A stretch of DNA of 64,000 nucleotides. Source: Podarcis liolepis (lineage: Eukaryota). Below, one piece after another: positions 36,727-50,766 of this stretch. Each line of letters begins with the position of its first letter. The stretch's first letter is position 1. The position numbers and the translations under genes are program-made. Under the pieces are notes generated by a model. The model was given only the letters and a program-made list of their open reading frames with translations, was not told the DNA's origin and searched no databases. Location: the NCBI GenBank assembly GCA_965112155.1, contig OZ218099.1. The stretch is one strand, 5' to 3'.

Positions 36727-39700
36727 ACAAAATGTTTTGCTGCTCTTAGGTAGCTTTCTAGGAAAATTATTTCAAGTGCAGTTTTGTGATGGCTAATCTT
36801 TCTGTTCTTCGCTAATTCATTGGGGGCAGGGGGACTCTTTAAGTTATTCTGGTTTTACTTAACACTTTAAAAAACTCCTAACCCCTGCTACTACCACTTA
36901 GGAACAAGCCCACCATATTTCCAAGTAAGAAAATTACTTTCAATTCTACTGCTTGTAAACCAGAATGAGGCACCTTAAATGAAGCAAAAGAAGGAAATTA
37001 GCCCCAGATACAGCTGAATGCCGGCCATGTGTTTCTGCAGAGGGAATCTACAGGCCTCTCCTAGAGCTCCCTCATCACCAGATCACTAGACATATAAAAT
37101 GTGCAAATCAAGACATAATCTGGGAAAGAGTCTGTTGCAATATAGCAGACAGGAATACATCATATTTTTTGGCTTACATACTCCCCCCTCCAAAAGGGCA
37201 ACATTTGGCCAATGAATAGAATGTTTTAAAAGACCCTACCAGCCCCCAGTTTATAATGAAAGCTTTTCCATGTTTGAGATACTATATTTACTTAGTTCAA
37301 ATATTTATGGGTGCAATGTATATACAGTATTGAACAAAACAGAAACCAGATTCATTCCTTAATGAGTGTGAAGGAATAGACTACATACAGAACTAAATAT
37401 ACCATAGTGTGAAAGGGGTGGGGGAAGCTGCTTGGCTAATACTTTGTTACGCAGCAACCCTAAGAAAATGAAAGTCTTAACAGCTACCGGACTGAAGAAG
37501 AAAAACAAAATAAATTGGTATTAGTTTTTGTTCATTATCAGATTCCACCCCCCACCCCCAAGACAAAGGTTAGAATGTTCAAAACGTCTCTGAATTTATT
37601 CAGCTGTCCTTGTGGTCTCATGTTTCAGAAGTGGCTGCTGTGCTGTCTGTGTTCCCATATGACTGGATTAAAGCTATCTGGCAGGCTGGGTAAAGTTCTT
37701 AGGCCAGCACTGCCGTGCTTGTTCAAATCCTCAGTCATCAGCCATTGACAAGCTGCTAAATGCAGGATAACATCTCCATTTTTTTAAGCAGCAGAACTGC
37801 AAGGCCAATACATCAGTGAGGGATGTATTCCTCAGAAATACATCTACATGCTACTAATTAGGGGAAGAGGAACATTTGCAGAAGTAAAACAACAACAACA
37901 ACGACCAACAGTACTGATAATCATCATTGAATTTGATGCATTTATATTTTGTGCTTCCCATGAGGATCTCAGAACAATGCCTTTGCCTCACAACAATCCT
38001 GTGAGGCAGGTTGCTTGCTTGTCGCAAGGCCATTTTGTCAGTTTCACACCCAAGCCCACCATTTTGGGCTGCCTCCCTAGAGTTTATGGTAGCCATATGT
38101 CTTTGCCATTTGAGGACTGAAAAAGCTTTGCTTGCCAATAGGAGCTAAAGAATTGGATGGGATTTAGAACACACACCTTGCTTCAAGCTTGCATCAGAAG
38201 TATGCCTTATTGTACACAGAGGCTATGATTGCTGGACTTCCAATCCTACCTGTCCTGTATATTCTGGAATAGCTGTCCAGATGATGGTTTCCCAGCCAGG
38301 TAAGTTATATAGGGGAAAATATCTCTCCACCCCCACCTTGAGTGCAACATCTGTTACTGTTTGTGAGTCTATTCAAAATTTATAATGGATTCCATCTGTC
38401 TTCTAGTGGAAAAATGAACATGTCAAAATTACACTGCAAATGGTGTCTTTGTAGATCATCTCAGAAGGAAGTATGCACAGAAATGGTGCAAATGCAAGTC
38501 TGAGCATGGACCGTTAGATTTAATCTTGGCACTGTTGAGGACTCTGTATTTAAAAGTATTTCAATTGTCACAATCACAATTAAATTGCCACATGTGTTCG
38601 TCTATTTCTAATTGTGCATCCCTCTAGAAAGCTTTTCCTGTTCCCAGCATGCATTTCAGCCTGCAATCAGAAGTGCATGAAACAAAATGGACAAGAAAAC
38701 ATAAAATACAATGCAAGGTTTTCATGCTACTTCCTGCTTCTGAAATGCATAAAGCCCACGCAAACCCCACAATTTTTGAAATCAGAGCACAGGGCTCAGG
38801 GACACAATATGACCAATAGGCCTTGGATGCAATGATTGAACATGCCCAGAGACAGAAAAAATAATTCTTAAAGAGACATTATTGGCCATCTATGATTGTG
38901 TTCAACCTAATAGAAGCTTAGATTTGGTCTCAGGAAGCTTAAGCTAGTGTCCTAGTATGAAACAAGAATTTCAGTCAATTCACTTCCACCCACATGCACA
39001 CATTAGTTACTATTTCCACATACTTTGACTGAGGAAAGAGAGGGTGCTTAAGAAGGTAGCTGGCCCTGCTCTACTCATCAAAACACAGACAATGTTGAAA
39101 CACATCTTTGTACTGATAGAAACTCAGGAACTATGCCTTGGAGTGATATTCTGGGTCTGTCATGAAAAGTGACCCCATCCTTGACAGGGTCCAGTGAATA
39201 TCTGAAAAGTGCATGTGAAAACTAACACAAGCTGCAAACTAAAATTAGTATTTTGTGAAAAATGCCTTTTAAAGATCCGTATTAATACGGGATTGCTAAT
39301 CATGTAACGTATCCAATTGTAAGTTACCAACAGCTAAACACTATATGTATACTTGGGTTGGTCGCATTGAGTTCAATGGGGCTTGCTCCCAGGTAAATCA
39401 GTGTAGGATTTCAATCCTGCTTTGCTTATTCTCCCCGATTCTCACTTACTACAATTTTCACTTTGTAATTCTCACCCCTTTAATACAACACCATGACTCT
39501 TGTTGCAAAGCCTGGGCTTGAAATCCAAACAATAAAAGTGTTCTTATTAAAACATGCACTCCACAGGCATGTTTAAGTCTGGTCATCCATTTCGGATACA
39601 TAACCCTGAAACTTTCATCTGCCTGAAAGTGTCCTTCTAAGTATATTAGCAATATCTCAGGTATGGAAATGTTATATAAAATATCAACACATTTACCCTG

Positions 39701-41468
39701 TCACGCCATCTGTGTGAGCTGCAGTCTCCACAACCAAACCTTTTACACACTGAAATCATTATCTCTCTGAAGTCTGCAGCTGGCATTTAAAACTTATTGA
39801 TGGCATGGGTATCAGTGGCTCAGTAGGCAGCCCTTTTGCCTGAGGCTCACGAGGTCACAGGTTCACATTCTGCTCAGAGGAAAAGCTGGACATATTCCAG
39901 GATTGTGTGTGGGCTGTGCTAGACTCCTAGGGGGCAGTCCTTAAGTCAGTAAGTGAAACCATGTATGCCTTGTAGATATCAAAGCTTTGTGTTCCTAATG
40001 GCAGAAGAGAAAGTGGGCAAGGAAGCTACATTCTGTGTGCTTAGAGTAAGTGAAAAAATATATAACCAAGTCTTGGATTCTTTCACTAGTAAATGCTACA
40101 TAACAGTTACTATCACCAATCTGGGGGTTTCTGAGGAAATGACTATAATAATTAAGCACAGGTACACATTCACAAACATCACCTGCGGGCAAAAAATCTG
40201 CAAGGGGTGGGATGTGAAGTAGAACACTATGATAAATTTGAATTTAACCTGCTCTGGTGTTAATGCTCTGATGCTTGGTTATCCCAGATGTCTCCCTCCT
40301 CATCTTCTTTATAGACAGGTAAAGTTGGATCTCTTGAAGGAACTGGGGATCACACTCTAGGCAAAGGTTGGACAGGTGATCAATGTACAGCATGAGATTT
40401 TGCTGTGGCAATGTGCCTCCAACAGTGACTGGATCATCTAGTCAAAAGAAACAAAACCAATATGAAACATTTTGCTTGAGAAAGAGACCAAACAAATCCT
40501 ATGCATAATGGCAGAAAGTGGCATTTACAGTAAAGAAGGATTATAAGCATTTAACTGAAAGGGCTGAAATATTTGGAGACAATTTCTTGCATTTGTTAGG
40601 ACGTAAATGTTGCTACTCAGGAGTTTCGTAACAGAACCCATTATTTTTTTTGAGAGTGATGGTTAGAGGGACCCAATTATTATCACAACTTCATTGTACG
40701 ATTGGTGGGAGAGTTAATATTTAGCCACAGAGCTAATTCTGCAACTTACATTGTCCTCCCCCAATGCTGTTATTATTTAACAAACAAAATTTTATTCAAA
40801 AAATTTATATATCCCTCAATTGTAAAAAAAAAAGCCCTATACGCAGTTTACAGAAACTCAAAATAAAACATTAACATTATTGATAAAAACAATTTAAACC
40901 AGTATTTAAAAATATTCAAAAGATTATTAAAATAAACAGTAGATAAAAGGAAATAAAACACACATAACTTCTACATGTCTGAATAGGCTTGCCTATTTTA
41001 TTTAGCCACAAAGGGGGAAACATACAAGCCCCAATCCAAATTGCCCTCCAACAGCTGATGAAACTGCCATGCAACATATAGCTTAGCCCTGATTTTGTTC
41101 TTCAAAATCAGGTTTACTTACTAATAAGGAGAAACTGGTATCAAGCTCCTCTTTCCTCTGTTAGTTTTCTGCTTGCATCACTTTGACAATCACATCGTAC
41201 TCTAGATCAGTGTGTTGGATCCAGAATTAATCATGCTCAGAGGAGGTTCTGACTATCATAAATTCCAGTAATTTAAATGGATCTGCTCTAAGCACCACTA
41301 AGATTGGATCCAAACCATCATGTGTAATATTCTGATTTAAAGCTGACTGGATGGATTTCAATCCACTTGCAGAAGCACCAGATCATCTCCTGACTCAAAA
41401 TACTATTGAATATTATCTTTCATAAGAACATTAACAATGATTTTCAAATTTTGCTGATTTTGTTAGTA

Positions 41469-41710
41469 CAGTGGTAACTCGGGTTAAGTACTTAATTCGT
41501 TCTGGAGGTCCGTTCTTAACCTGAAACTGTTCTTAACCTGAAGCACCACTTTAGCTAATGGGGCCTCCTGCTGCTGGTGTGCTGCTGGAGCACGATTTCT
41601 GTTCTTATCCTGAAGCAAAGTTCTTAACCTGAAGCACTATTTCTGGGTTAGCAGAGTGTGTAACCTGAAGTGTATGTAACCTGAAGCGTATGTAGCCCGA
41701 GGTACCACTG
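41469..41710. mobile_element. Tc1/mariner-type MITE (copy of the 2899-3129 family)
   Basis: TA-CAGTGGTAACTCGGGTTA ... CCCGAGGTACCACTG-TA. Confidence 0.88.
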
Positions 41711-42491
41711 TACATTCCCCCCCCCCATTAAGCAGCTTATAAATTCTTCCAAATAAATAAATAAAAATACAGTTCAAAGGCTAAAGAAATCATATTCCAA
41801 TCAGAATTAACCTTAGTACTTTGGGGATACACACAAACACCACACAATTAATAAAGACAGGGAAAGGATCGCTTTTTTCCTGAAGACAGTTCTGACTAGA
41901 TATGCTGCTATTTGAGATTAATTTTTTAGGCTCCAAGTACACTTAGATGGAAAATCCCTCAAAATATTTATTCCTCGAAGCCAAGTCAGTGGATCTATGA
42001 ATTAAAATGATCAAATGCTTTCAGACTCATAAAACAAGCACAGAGCAATTTCAAGTTTAGCCCTGGTAAAGGTAAACTGAGCTTCCTTTGTGATGTGAAT
42101 GTAATGGAAACTTGAAATCTCAGTAACTGACTTCTCTGTTCATTCTCTGCAAAATTATTTCTGCTCCAGGAATATGCACGATCATAGGTTTGCACTAAGC
42201 CATGGTTTGGCTTAATGTTATGTGCGAACTGAACCTATGTGTAAAATCAATAAACATGGGACAAAATTGCTGTGAGGCGATAGGCAAGTTGCTGATTATG
42301 CAGAGAATGAACAGAGATTTTAGATTTACATATAAATGCACACCACGAATCGGGTCACCATGACACTTGTACCATGATGACCACCCCCACATCCCGACAG
42401 TGGACATATTTGGATAAATGGGAAAAGCATGGCAAAGAAAGAAACCACAGCTTGTTTCAGAAACAATAAAAAGTAATACAGAATAGTGCTT

Positions 42492-42586
42492 TAGGTTGCA
42501 GGCTTATACACTCTCACCTGAGTGAGAGTAAGACCTATTGAATTCAATGGGACTTACTTTGAGTAGACATGCATAGGATTGCACTG
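42492..42586. mobile_element. Short ancient palindromic MITE (representative copy)
   Basis: Hairpin centred on AGTAAG.CCTATTGAATTCAATGGGACTTACT with a ...CATAGGATTGCA end. Degenerate relatives lie near 1021-1102, 12835-12907, 30806-30917, 39330-39418, 57670-57752, 57830-57925 and 62290-62342. Confidence 0.65.
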
Positions 42587-43764
42587 CAAACAGATTCAGG
42601 TTATAATCCAAAATCTAACAACAATTTCCTCCTGGATTGTTGCTTTAAAAAGTCAGTGTAATTGAGGTTTCTACATCTTTAGTGTGTCAAAGAGCCATTT
42701 GATATACCAAATATGCTCCATAGAAGGTTTAAATAGGAGGCTGCATTCCAGAACTTTGATACAAAATAGAAAAGGCTACACAGTAAAACAAATGCACTTC
42801 ACTACATAACAAGAACACATTTCATAAAGGAGCAGAGCATGTCCTCTTAACCTGTGACAACAAATTTGTTTATTTAGTTTTCTTCTTAGTAAGAAAGCAA
42901 TTGGTTTTTTCACCCAATAAAAATATCCTTATGCATTTATAAACACTACTGGTAATTATGTAATTACCCAGCCCAATCATGTTAAATTGCTGTCAGTTAG
43001 GTTCCCACCACTGATTACCCATGTAGTGCACTAAATCTAAATGAAGCCTTTGCTAAAGTGCACTTAGTGATTTACAAAGGTGTCTCTATGATTCTAAAAA
43101 CCATAACAGCACTATATTATTTGCTATAATCACTCAGTGTCCAAGGTCAAGGATAGATCTCACTGAATTTCTTGTATAAAAATGGAAAGAAACACAGAAT
43201 TAAACACATGGCTTATTTTTGTGTTCCTCATCATGACTTCTGCATCTAATGGTAACCTTTCACCTCCACACATTTAAAATGCTATAATTATGTAATTAAA
43301 ACCAATTATGTAATTTTACCCTATGGATTCTTATCCTACAGGATCCAAATCAATTATTTTGTTCAGTGGCCTTGAAAGATTTTGTAATATGAAACAAACA
43401 GTGAGGTTTAAAATTAAGGAGTAGGAAAATTTACAAATTAATCAAATTAATCCTGCCAAGGGGCTACTTACATGTAACTCAATGTCAAACAAATCCTGTG
43501 ATGATGTTCAGCTCAGAAAGCAACCAACAATATATTTTACAGTCCTTTATAAATTGTAAGAAACATGAATGCCTGCTAAGACTTGACAAGCCAAATCGGA
43601 TGACAACAGACACATTCCTGTACAGTTGTTCAGTCTCCATCCTAATTTCCAAGGTTCATATAATAAATAGTGGAAAAATCCAAAGTAATGTCATCATAGA
43701 CTGGCTGACATTGCTACAGGGGAGATTAATGAGGGATAGGGGAATTTCTCCTTCCCTTTGAATG

Positions 43765-43882
43765 CTAAAAAATGTCCTGGCTTGTGGGCTTCCCAAGAAG
43801 CATTTGGGTTGCCACTGTGGGTAATGGGGTGTTGGACTCGATAGGTGTTTGGTCTGATCCAGTGGGTCTCTTCTTAAGTTCA
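43765..43882 (+). mobile_element. 3' end of a CR1-type LINE or derived SINE
   Basis: GGGCTTCCCAAGAAGCATTTGG..GCCACTGTG...GGTCTGATCCAG..CTCTTCTTAAGTTC, similar to 7118-7212. Confidence 0.55.
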
Positions 43883-44602
43883 GACCTAACAACAACATGT
43901 AAAATCAGAAGGAACTCTTGGGGGACGACTGATCTGACTCAGCATGACAATTCTTTACAGGTGCTTATAATATCAGTGGAAACAGTTGGTAACCGCCTTC
44001 AATTTTAACCTGAAGATTGCCACTTGTCCAGTTTTAATTTTAATTTGTTTGAATTAATTGTGGGATGTATCTTAATTTATTGATCGCTTGTTTTTATGCA
44101 TTGTCTTACTTGTATGATGTTAGCCAATCTGAGCCCGGCTTTGGCTGAGGAGGGGGGATATAAATAAAATATTATTATTATTATTCACTTTCCTATATTT
44201 TCTTTCTCCGCTTTCCCAACAATCTTCCAGAAGCTGAAATAAATCACAGGAGCTGCTGGTGTCTCTCTTACTGCTTCCACACCACACACCATTCTCCACC
44301 TTCCTATTATATGAAATGATTTGACATTTCAAAAGATGCTACATCTCCTTAGCCGTGCAAAGAGCATCTCCTGGTTTAGCAAACTAGTGAAAACAAACAA
44401 AAAGTGAACAATATTTCTCTCCTCATCTCCACAAAAAACACACCTTTCTACACGAGACCAAATTTTAAACAGAAATGCAGCGACTTGTCATTTGGAGGCT
44501 ACGATGTTGAGTTGCAATACCATATATCTGAATTTGAATTCTTTAAATAAAATAAATAAAAACAATGGTATATGCATCTGCTAAAACTATATGACATATA
44601 CC

Positions 44603-44754
44603 CAGTGCTTTTTTCTAAGGGGGGGGGGATGCAGGGGTATGCATACTCCTAAAAATTTTGTGAATCTAAGTTTGGCCTCATTGAGGGGCAGTATTTCAAT
44701 ATGAATAGGAAAATGAGAGCACCCCTAAACATTTTTTTAAAGAAAAAAGTGCTG
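44603..44754. mobile_element. hAT MITE
   Basis: TIRs CAGTGCTTTTTTCT / AGAAAAAAGTGCTG. 8-bp TSD CATATACC/CATATACG. Confidence 0.85.
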
Positions 44755-46652
44755 CATATACGAAATAGCACCTCAATCACATTGTACTGTTAAATTACAA
44801 TTAAAAAATGACTTTTATCATCTTTGACTATGCAGTTTTGGGGGGCAAGTATATCATTCACTTAAAAACTCCCCCCCCCCAAAAAAAACCTCATAAAGGT
44901 CTAAGCAGCAATGAACATCATGAATAAAACTATGGTCCTTCTTCAACGGGATTTGCTTCTAAATCAAATGGAGTTTGTTACTAATCAGATTTCCTCATTT
45001 TAAAATTTATCTTTATCCAAGTAAAGGTGATTTATATCTATGAATACAAAGTTTTTTCATGAGGTCAGCATGTCCAAACAGGTAAGTTCAAAGAAAGATA
45101 ATGTACCTGAAAGTCTTAAGTTGAACAAATCCCCTTATCCCACCACAATGAATAAAGTTTCCTAAGTGGTATACAGTACAAAAATTAAACACTGACACAG
45201 GTCTTCCCCCCTGGTATGTAACAATAACAACAACAACAATAATAATTTACTGAATGAAAAGGGCATGGGGAAGGGAAGGGGAAACAAATAAATTTAGATA
45301 CCCAAACTTTCTAGTCACATAATGACAAGGTGCAACGGCCACTGAAGAAACAACTGAGAGACAGGAGGAGCCAAATTGCAGTTTGTCACAGCAGAGTCAA
45401 GGGAGCAAAAATGTTTGAGGATTTACATGTACATATGAGACTTCTGATCTGTGCTGACCTGATCCACCCCTCCCAGCAACAGGTAAGAATTAAAAACCAT
45501 TATGAGGGAAGCAGTCTTGATACAGAATAATAGCACCAGAGTCTTGGTCTTGGGCTCACTTTGATCTTTAAGATTATGATTCCTTACTCATTCAAATTAG
45601 AAAAAAAAAATCCTTTCAAAATATGGAGCTATATACTTAAACCAGAGCATTTGCAGAATTCCCAAACCAAGTTCTCTCTAAACATAAAGCATACATTTAT
45701 CTGCTAAACACCCCACCTCATCCCCCATTTTGCTTGCAATATGTCACTCATGTCTGCCACGAACAAGATCCTGCTGTTTTTAAAGTTGAACCCCTGCTGC
45801 AATTTGGCCACTCAAAATATTCTGTCATAGTTCATCTAATACAGAATTTTTCAATATATCCGTATTTGGATTCCTTTGCAAATTCTTTTTCTGCTCTGTG
45901 TGTGAAGTTCCATAAGCTGGAAATAAAAGTTTTAATGTGCTCTTTCAAAACCAAAAGAAAGTGAGAGAAATAGACTACAATCCCCCTGGTAAAAAATTAT
46001 CACACAGTATACTTTTCAGCTTTGTTTTATGGTTCACAGAACTGGCAGGTTATTTTAATTGCCTCTTTACTTATTTTATAAGTCAGATATAGTTTGGGTT
46101 TTCTTTTCTTTTTTACTGATGATGACTGCTCACTAGGTTTTCAGTTCTATTTTGTCAAGTACTGACCTTCATCTTTCTAATCTTCATCTACAAAGCACTT
46201 CTTACATTTTCTAAGGAAGGACAGTATATCTCAAAGTAAAGGAATTACACCTTTGTGAATTCCCATGTAGCAAAAGCATCACTATTGGTTTTTAATGGCT
46301 GCTTCTTTGGCCCACAAACACCTCTTCAAAATCCTGACACTGGTCCACACATACAACAAAAATGTAAACAAAGAAAAATCTGTGAACTAGATTGTAATAT
46401 ACAGCCACTGATATTTGGCAGCCTTGAGATATACATCTATTTTTGTTGTGATACAGCCAAGCAACAAAACGATCATCTGGTTAAGTTGGCAACCTAGAAT
46501 AATAAAAAATCAAACTGGTGAACTATAACTACAGCAAGATGATAATCCGGTTAAACTGGGTGACCTATAATATCAATTCCATTCCTTCTCATTCCAATGG
46601 TAGTTTCTGTTTCTCATTCATGTCAAAATCATGATTGACCTGAAACTGTAGA

Positions 46653-46913
46653 GCATGGATGGGGAGCTTGTGTCCCCCTCAGTTGTTTTTGAACTATAAC
46701 TCCTGTCATCATGCTAGCTGGGGCTGATGGGAGATATATGGAGAGCCACAAGTCCGTACTGCTCCTGGAATGCAGGAACAGGGAGCATGTGTCTTTACAA
46801 GGGTTGTTGGACTTCCAACAGCCCATCAGCCCTAGGCCAATATGGCCAATGATCATGGAAAATAGGAGTTATAGTCCAACAACACCTGAAGGCCTGTAGG
46901 TTCCACATCCCTA
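46653..46913. mobile_element. Two adjacent degenerate palindromic hAT MITEs
   Basis: Two successive copies of the 'ACTA.AACTCC..CATCA ... GGAGTT.TAGT' inverted core. Confidence 0.55.
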
Positions 46914-47599
46914 ATACAGAGGAAAAAGTGGAAAAAGAAAATATGGGTCAGTCTTCATGCCAATCATTACACAACAGTAACTGTGCCTTTAAAAGTTCCC
47001 TGTTTTCCTTGATTCCTTTCTTCTGAGGTGTATTCAAAATTGATTTACAAAGGACAAGGCGACTTGGACTCATTCGTGAAAAGTTGGATACAGAATGCTG
47101 CTTTCCTGTCACATGTCTCTTATTTATTTATTTACTTACTAATTAGTATGCCTCCCATATTAAATATCTTTTGGATGACAGGTCTAGTGATATTACACTG
47201 GCCGTGGCAAAGTTTCTCTTGGAAGTTAAAAGAAACAACGATCATCATGCTTGAGACAAAACAAAATGACCGCCTTGGTTCCTCTCTCTTTTGTGGTTGG
47301 CTGTCTTAACTGTATTTTGTTCTGAAATTGTTCAATGGGTCTTTGGACCACAATAAAGATTTTATTAGTTTAAAGCCTACCTTTTTCTCAGTAAAAATAT
47401 AACACGAAACGATAGCATATCAGATTCGCATAAAATTGTAAGCCAGAAGCTATACATCATAATTAAATCCCACACCTAAGGGTGTCCTAAGGAATCAGTG
47501 CAAACTGTACAATAATGGAGCCAGGTAGGCCTCCTTCCCAACAAAAGTGTTGTGATGAAGGAAAGGCCCTATCTTTTATTTCTCCATACCAAACTTCAG

Positions 47600-48092
47600 A
47601 TGAAATGGCCTATGCTACTGGCAGTACACAGGGAAGTATATTTCATTTGAAGTATGTTTTGAAGGACCTGATGTATCCAGGTCTTAAGACCATTTAGGGC
47701 TTAGTGGTAAGAACCAGAATGGTGGATTGAGCCTAGAAAGAAATATGCAAGCAATGCAGGTAAGGAGTATCTGGGAAACTACACTTCCCAAGTAATATTT
47801 GCAGGCACACAAGCTGCCATTGCTCAAACCATCTAGTGCAGTAGAGGCTGGGTTCTAGCGAAGGTTGAGTTGGTTGGGGTGAAAATACAGTGGTGGGTGA
47901 AGTGGGAGAGGGTTGAAGGAGAACTCTTCTCCAGCTTGGTGTCATGACCAGGTATTATGAACATCCTTGAGCGAATACTTTGGAATCCAGAAGAAGCTTC
48001 CGAACTATCACAGCTGAAATTTCTGAACACTTTTCAGAGGCAGCCTCACATAGGACACATTACAATAGTCCAACTTGGATGTTACTAAGGAT
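47600..48092 (-). mobile_element. L2 LINE ORF2 C-terminal fragment(s)
   Basis: The reverse strand of 48090-48010 translates LVTSKLDYCNVSYVRLPLKSVQKFQL, matching the L2 motif LVTSRLDYCN.LY.GLP. L2-like sequence also occurs near 47670-47715. Confidence 0.7.
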
Positions 48093-49174
48093 GCTACTAA
48101 TGGCTGAGGAACGGTATCCACAGGCTGTTGCATAAGCAAATCACAGCCTTATGCTCATTTCTGTAGAAGGAGGACTCTGAGTGTGGGTAAAAAAAAAGCA
48201 AATACAAAGTATGTGTATATACTACAAATTGTGTGCTTTCCCCAGTATTTGCTTTTTGGCCTTTCCTCAGTCCTCTTCAAATCAGCCCCAGAGGGAGGAC
48301 AGCTGGAGTAAGATAGACTAGCATTGTGGGAGCCAGAGGGCTTTTTCACTCTTTGCTTCTCAAAGGTATGAGTTATAATTTTTTGCAGATCCCATAGTCT
48401 TAGCCATATATAGTATTGTGCCTCAGTTTTTGGATGCTGTATGATTAACTCCTTGCCCTACAAAACACAAAACAGAGTTATCCTCACCCTTATTAGATTT
48501 TTTTTCTTTACTATGATCTGATGCAAAATTATTTTTGTTTGGTCTACTCTACGCTGACAGCAATTAATACTAAGGCCTAAAACTTAAAGGGATAGAGCTA
48601 ACACATGTTTTTAATCTGTAAGCAAGTTATCCAATTATTTTAGGTAAACTCTATGATTGCAACCATTCTACCTACTCCAATATAATGAATTATTTTCTCC
48701 CAAAAGGTCTTAGGAGTTGTGTAGCCTTCTTGGTAAAAATATATGGCGATCTCTTCTTTACCATTCATGGGATTATTTAATGACTGTGCATTAATTGTTT
48801 GGGTGTTAGAAATAAGATACTGGGAGCATGACTGAGGAAAATCTTATGTGTGTCAAGATTACAATTTATCATTATAAATTGAGCCTGTGTGAGTCCTGGG
48901 CAAGAATGACTAATGTGATGGATTGGTGATGATGAAACATAATAAATAGAATGAATGGGAAAGGTCATATTTTTGAGCATTTTTTGTAATTATAAAGATG
49001 ATTTGCCTAATCTGGTCTCACTGCTTGTTGGTGCTCCTGTAAAATTAGGTGTTCCTGGCAGGGGAAAATGAAATGATGGCAAACATAACAATAGTGCAAC
49101 AATTGTGCTGGTTTCCCTAACAGATGGGGAATTATAATCTACAATTTAATATTTATATTCATATAGATGTCAAA

Positions 49175-49177
<3 letters not shown>

Positions 49178-49211
<34 letters not shown>

Positions 49212-49218
49212 ACAACAG
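49178..49218. repeat. (CAG)n(CAA)n microsatellite
   Basis: Directly visible; it is not embedded in a credible ORF. Confidence 0.9.
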
Positions 49219-50528
49219 AAGTAGTATTATTGAACAAGTCCCTTATTTGCATAGCAGCATCCCTTGATAGGCATAGATATAGAAGGTTTCTTGGTGTGGT
49301 TCTAAACTATGACAAAATATTTTAATTGAGGAGTATGTAAATAAATATACAAGCAAAGATTTATTTATAACAATATTTATAGCATCGTGTTTTATTTTAG
49401 GATTTTACTATCACCTCAAATATTGTATATGAGGTGGAATTAAATAAGTAATAAATTCACTGTATAACCTTTATAACATTTTGGGCTATGTGCCTGCATT
49501 TATCCTTTTTGGCAAGTTCTTCTTCATATGTCAGGTTTGCATTTATAGACAGCCAGTTTGTCTGATATTTACAGCCATTCTCTTCCTTTGCTTTCTCAAC
49601 AACAACTGTGATATACAACTTGGTCGTCACTATCATATATCTAACTATGGTATAGAAATTCATGTGTCTCAGTCTTGCTTCCTCTTTATGCAATCCTCCT
49701 GAGTTTTATAGGATGCTCTTAATAAGAAGCACATTATTCTGAAGAGGAAGTCCTTGAGCAGACGTTGCAAAGGAGTATGGCAAATTAGTTTCAGAATGTG
49801 GAAGGTCAACTCAGAAAGAAAGCTGAAATGTGCATTTCTATAGCTAAAAAAGAGAACTAGTACGCTGCTAATTCTGTGATGTTTATATAACTCTTGCATT
49901 AGAATCAAGAGCAAGAGTCAAAATGTAGGGGTTATCTCCTTGATGCCAACTCTACTACTCCAAGTTCAGAAAAGCTAGGATTTTGATCTGTACATCTTGG
50001 TAGAAGGCTCCTGATTTAAGAGAGAGGCAACTAAACCAAACCATTATTCAAAAACAAAGCAAGGGATACTGAGTTAGATACAGAGAACCTTCCTTCAATG
50101 GAAAAACTTTCTCTGTCTGAGGGAGGTGCTTTCTCCAATGAACAAAGTGGTCCTTTGATAATTTTAAAAAAACACACCTTGAAGGAAGTTTGTTGGAGTC
50201 TGATCTTCTGGATCCACTCCATTAAGACGAAAACTGGACTGCTGTGCGAAAATGCAAGCAAGTCTAAGACCTCACAAATCTAAAGAAAGTTTCCTCTTAA
50301 AAGCCTTAAGTGCACCGCTGAAAGGCTATACCCCCCGAGTTATTCTGGTATGCAGGTGCTACCAAATGGACTTGGACTGGTGCATATGGCTTGCTCCTTA
50401 GGAGTGATGATCTGATATCCTAGGGACAGCCTTCATCAGTAAATGACCTCGGCAAAGGTTCAGGGGAAGCGGTGCTAGCTCCACAGCACAGAATTATGGA
50501 CTCCAGGAATTCTACCGAAGTAAGATGG

Positions 50529-50766
50529 TAGCAGTTCGAAAGCACATCAAAGTGCAAGTAGATAAATAGGTACCGCTTCAGCGGGAAGGTAAACGGTGTA
50601 TCCGTGTACTGCTCTGGTTTGCCAGAAGCGGCTTAGTCATGCTGGCCACATGACCCGGAAGCTGTCTGCGGACAAACACCAGCTCCCTCGGCCTATAGAG
50701 CGAGATGAGCGCGCAACCCCAGAGTCGGTCATGACTGGACCTAATGGTCAGGGGTCCCCTTTACCC
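50529..50766 (+). mobile_element. 5'-truncated Sauria SINE
   Basis: TAGCAGTTCGAAAGCAC...AGTAGATAAATAGGTACC...GGTCAGGGGTCCCCTTTACC. Confidence 0.92.
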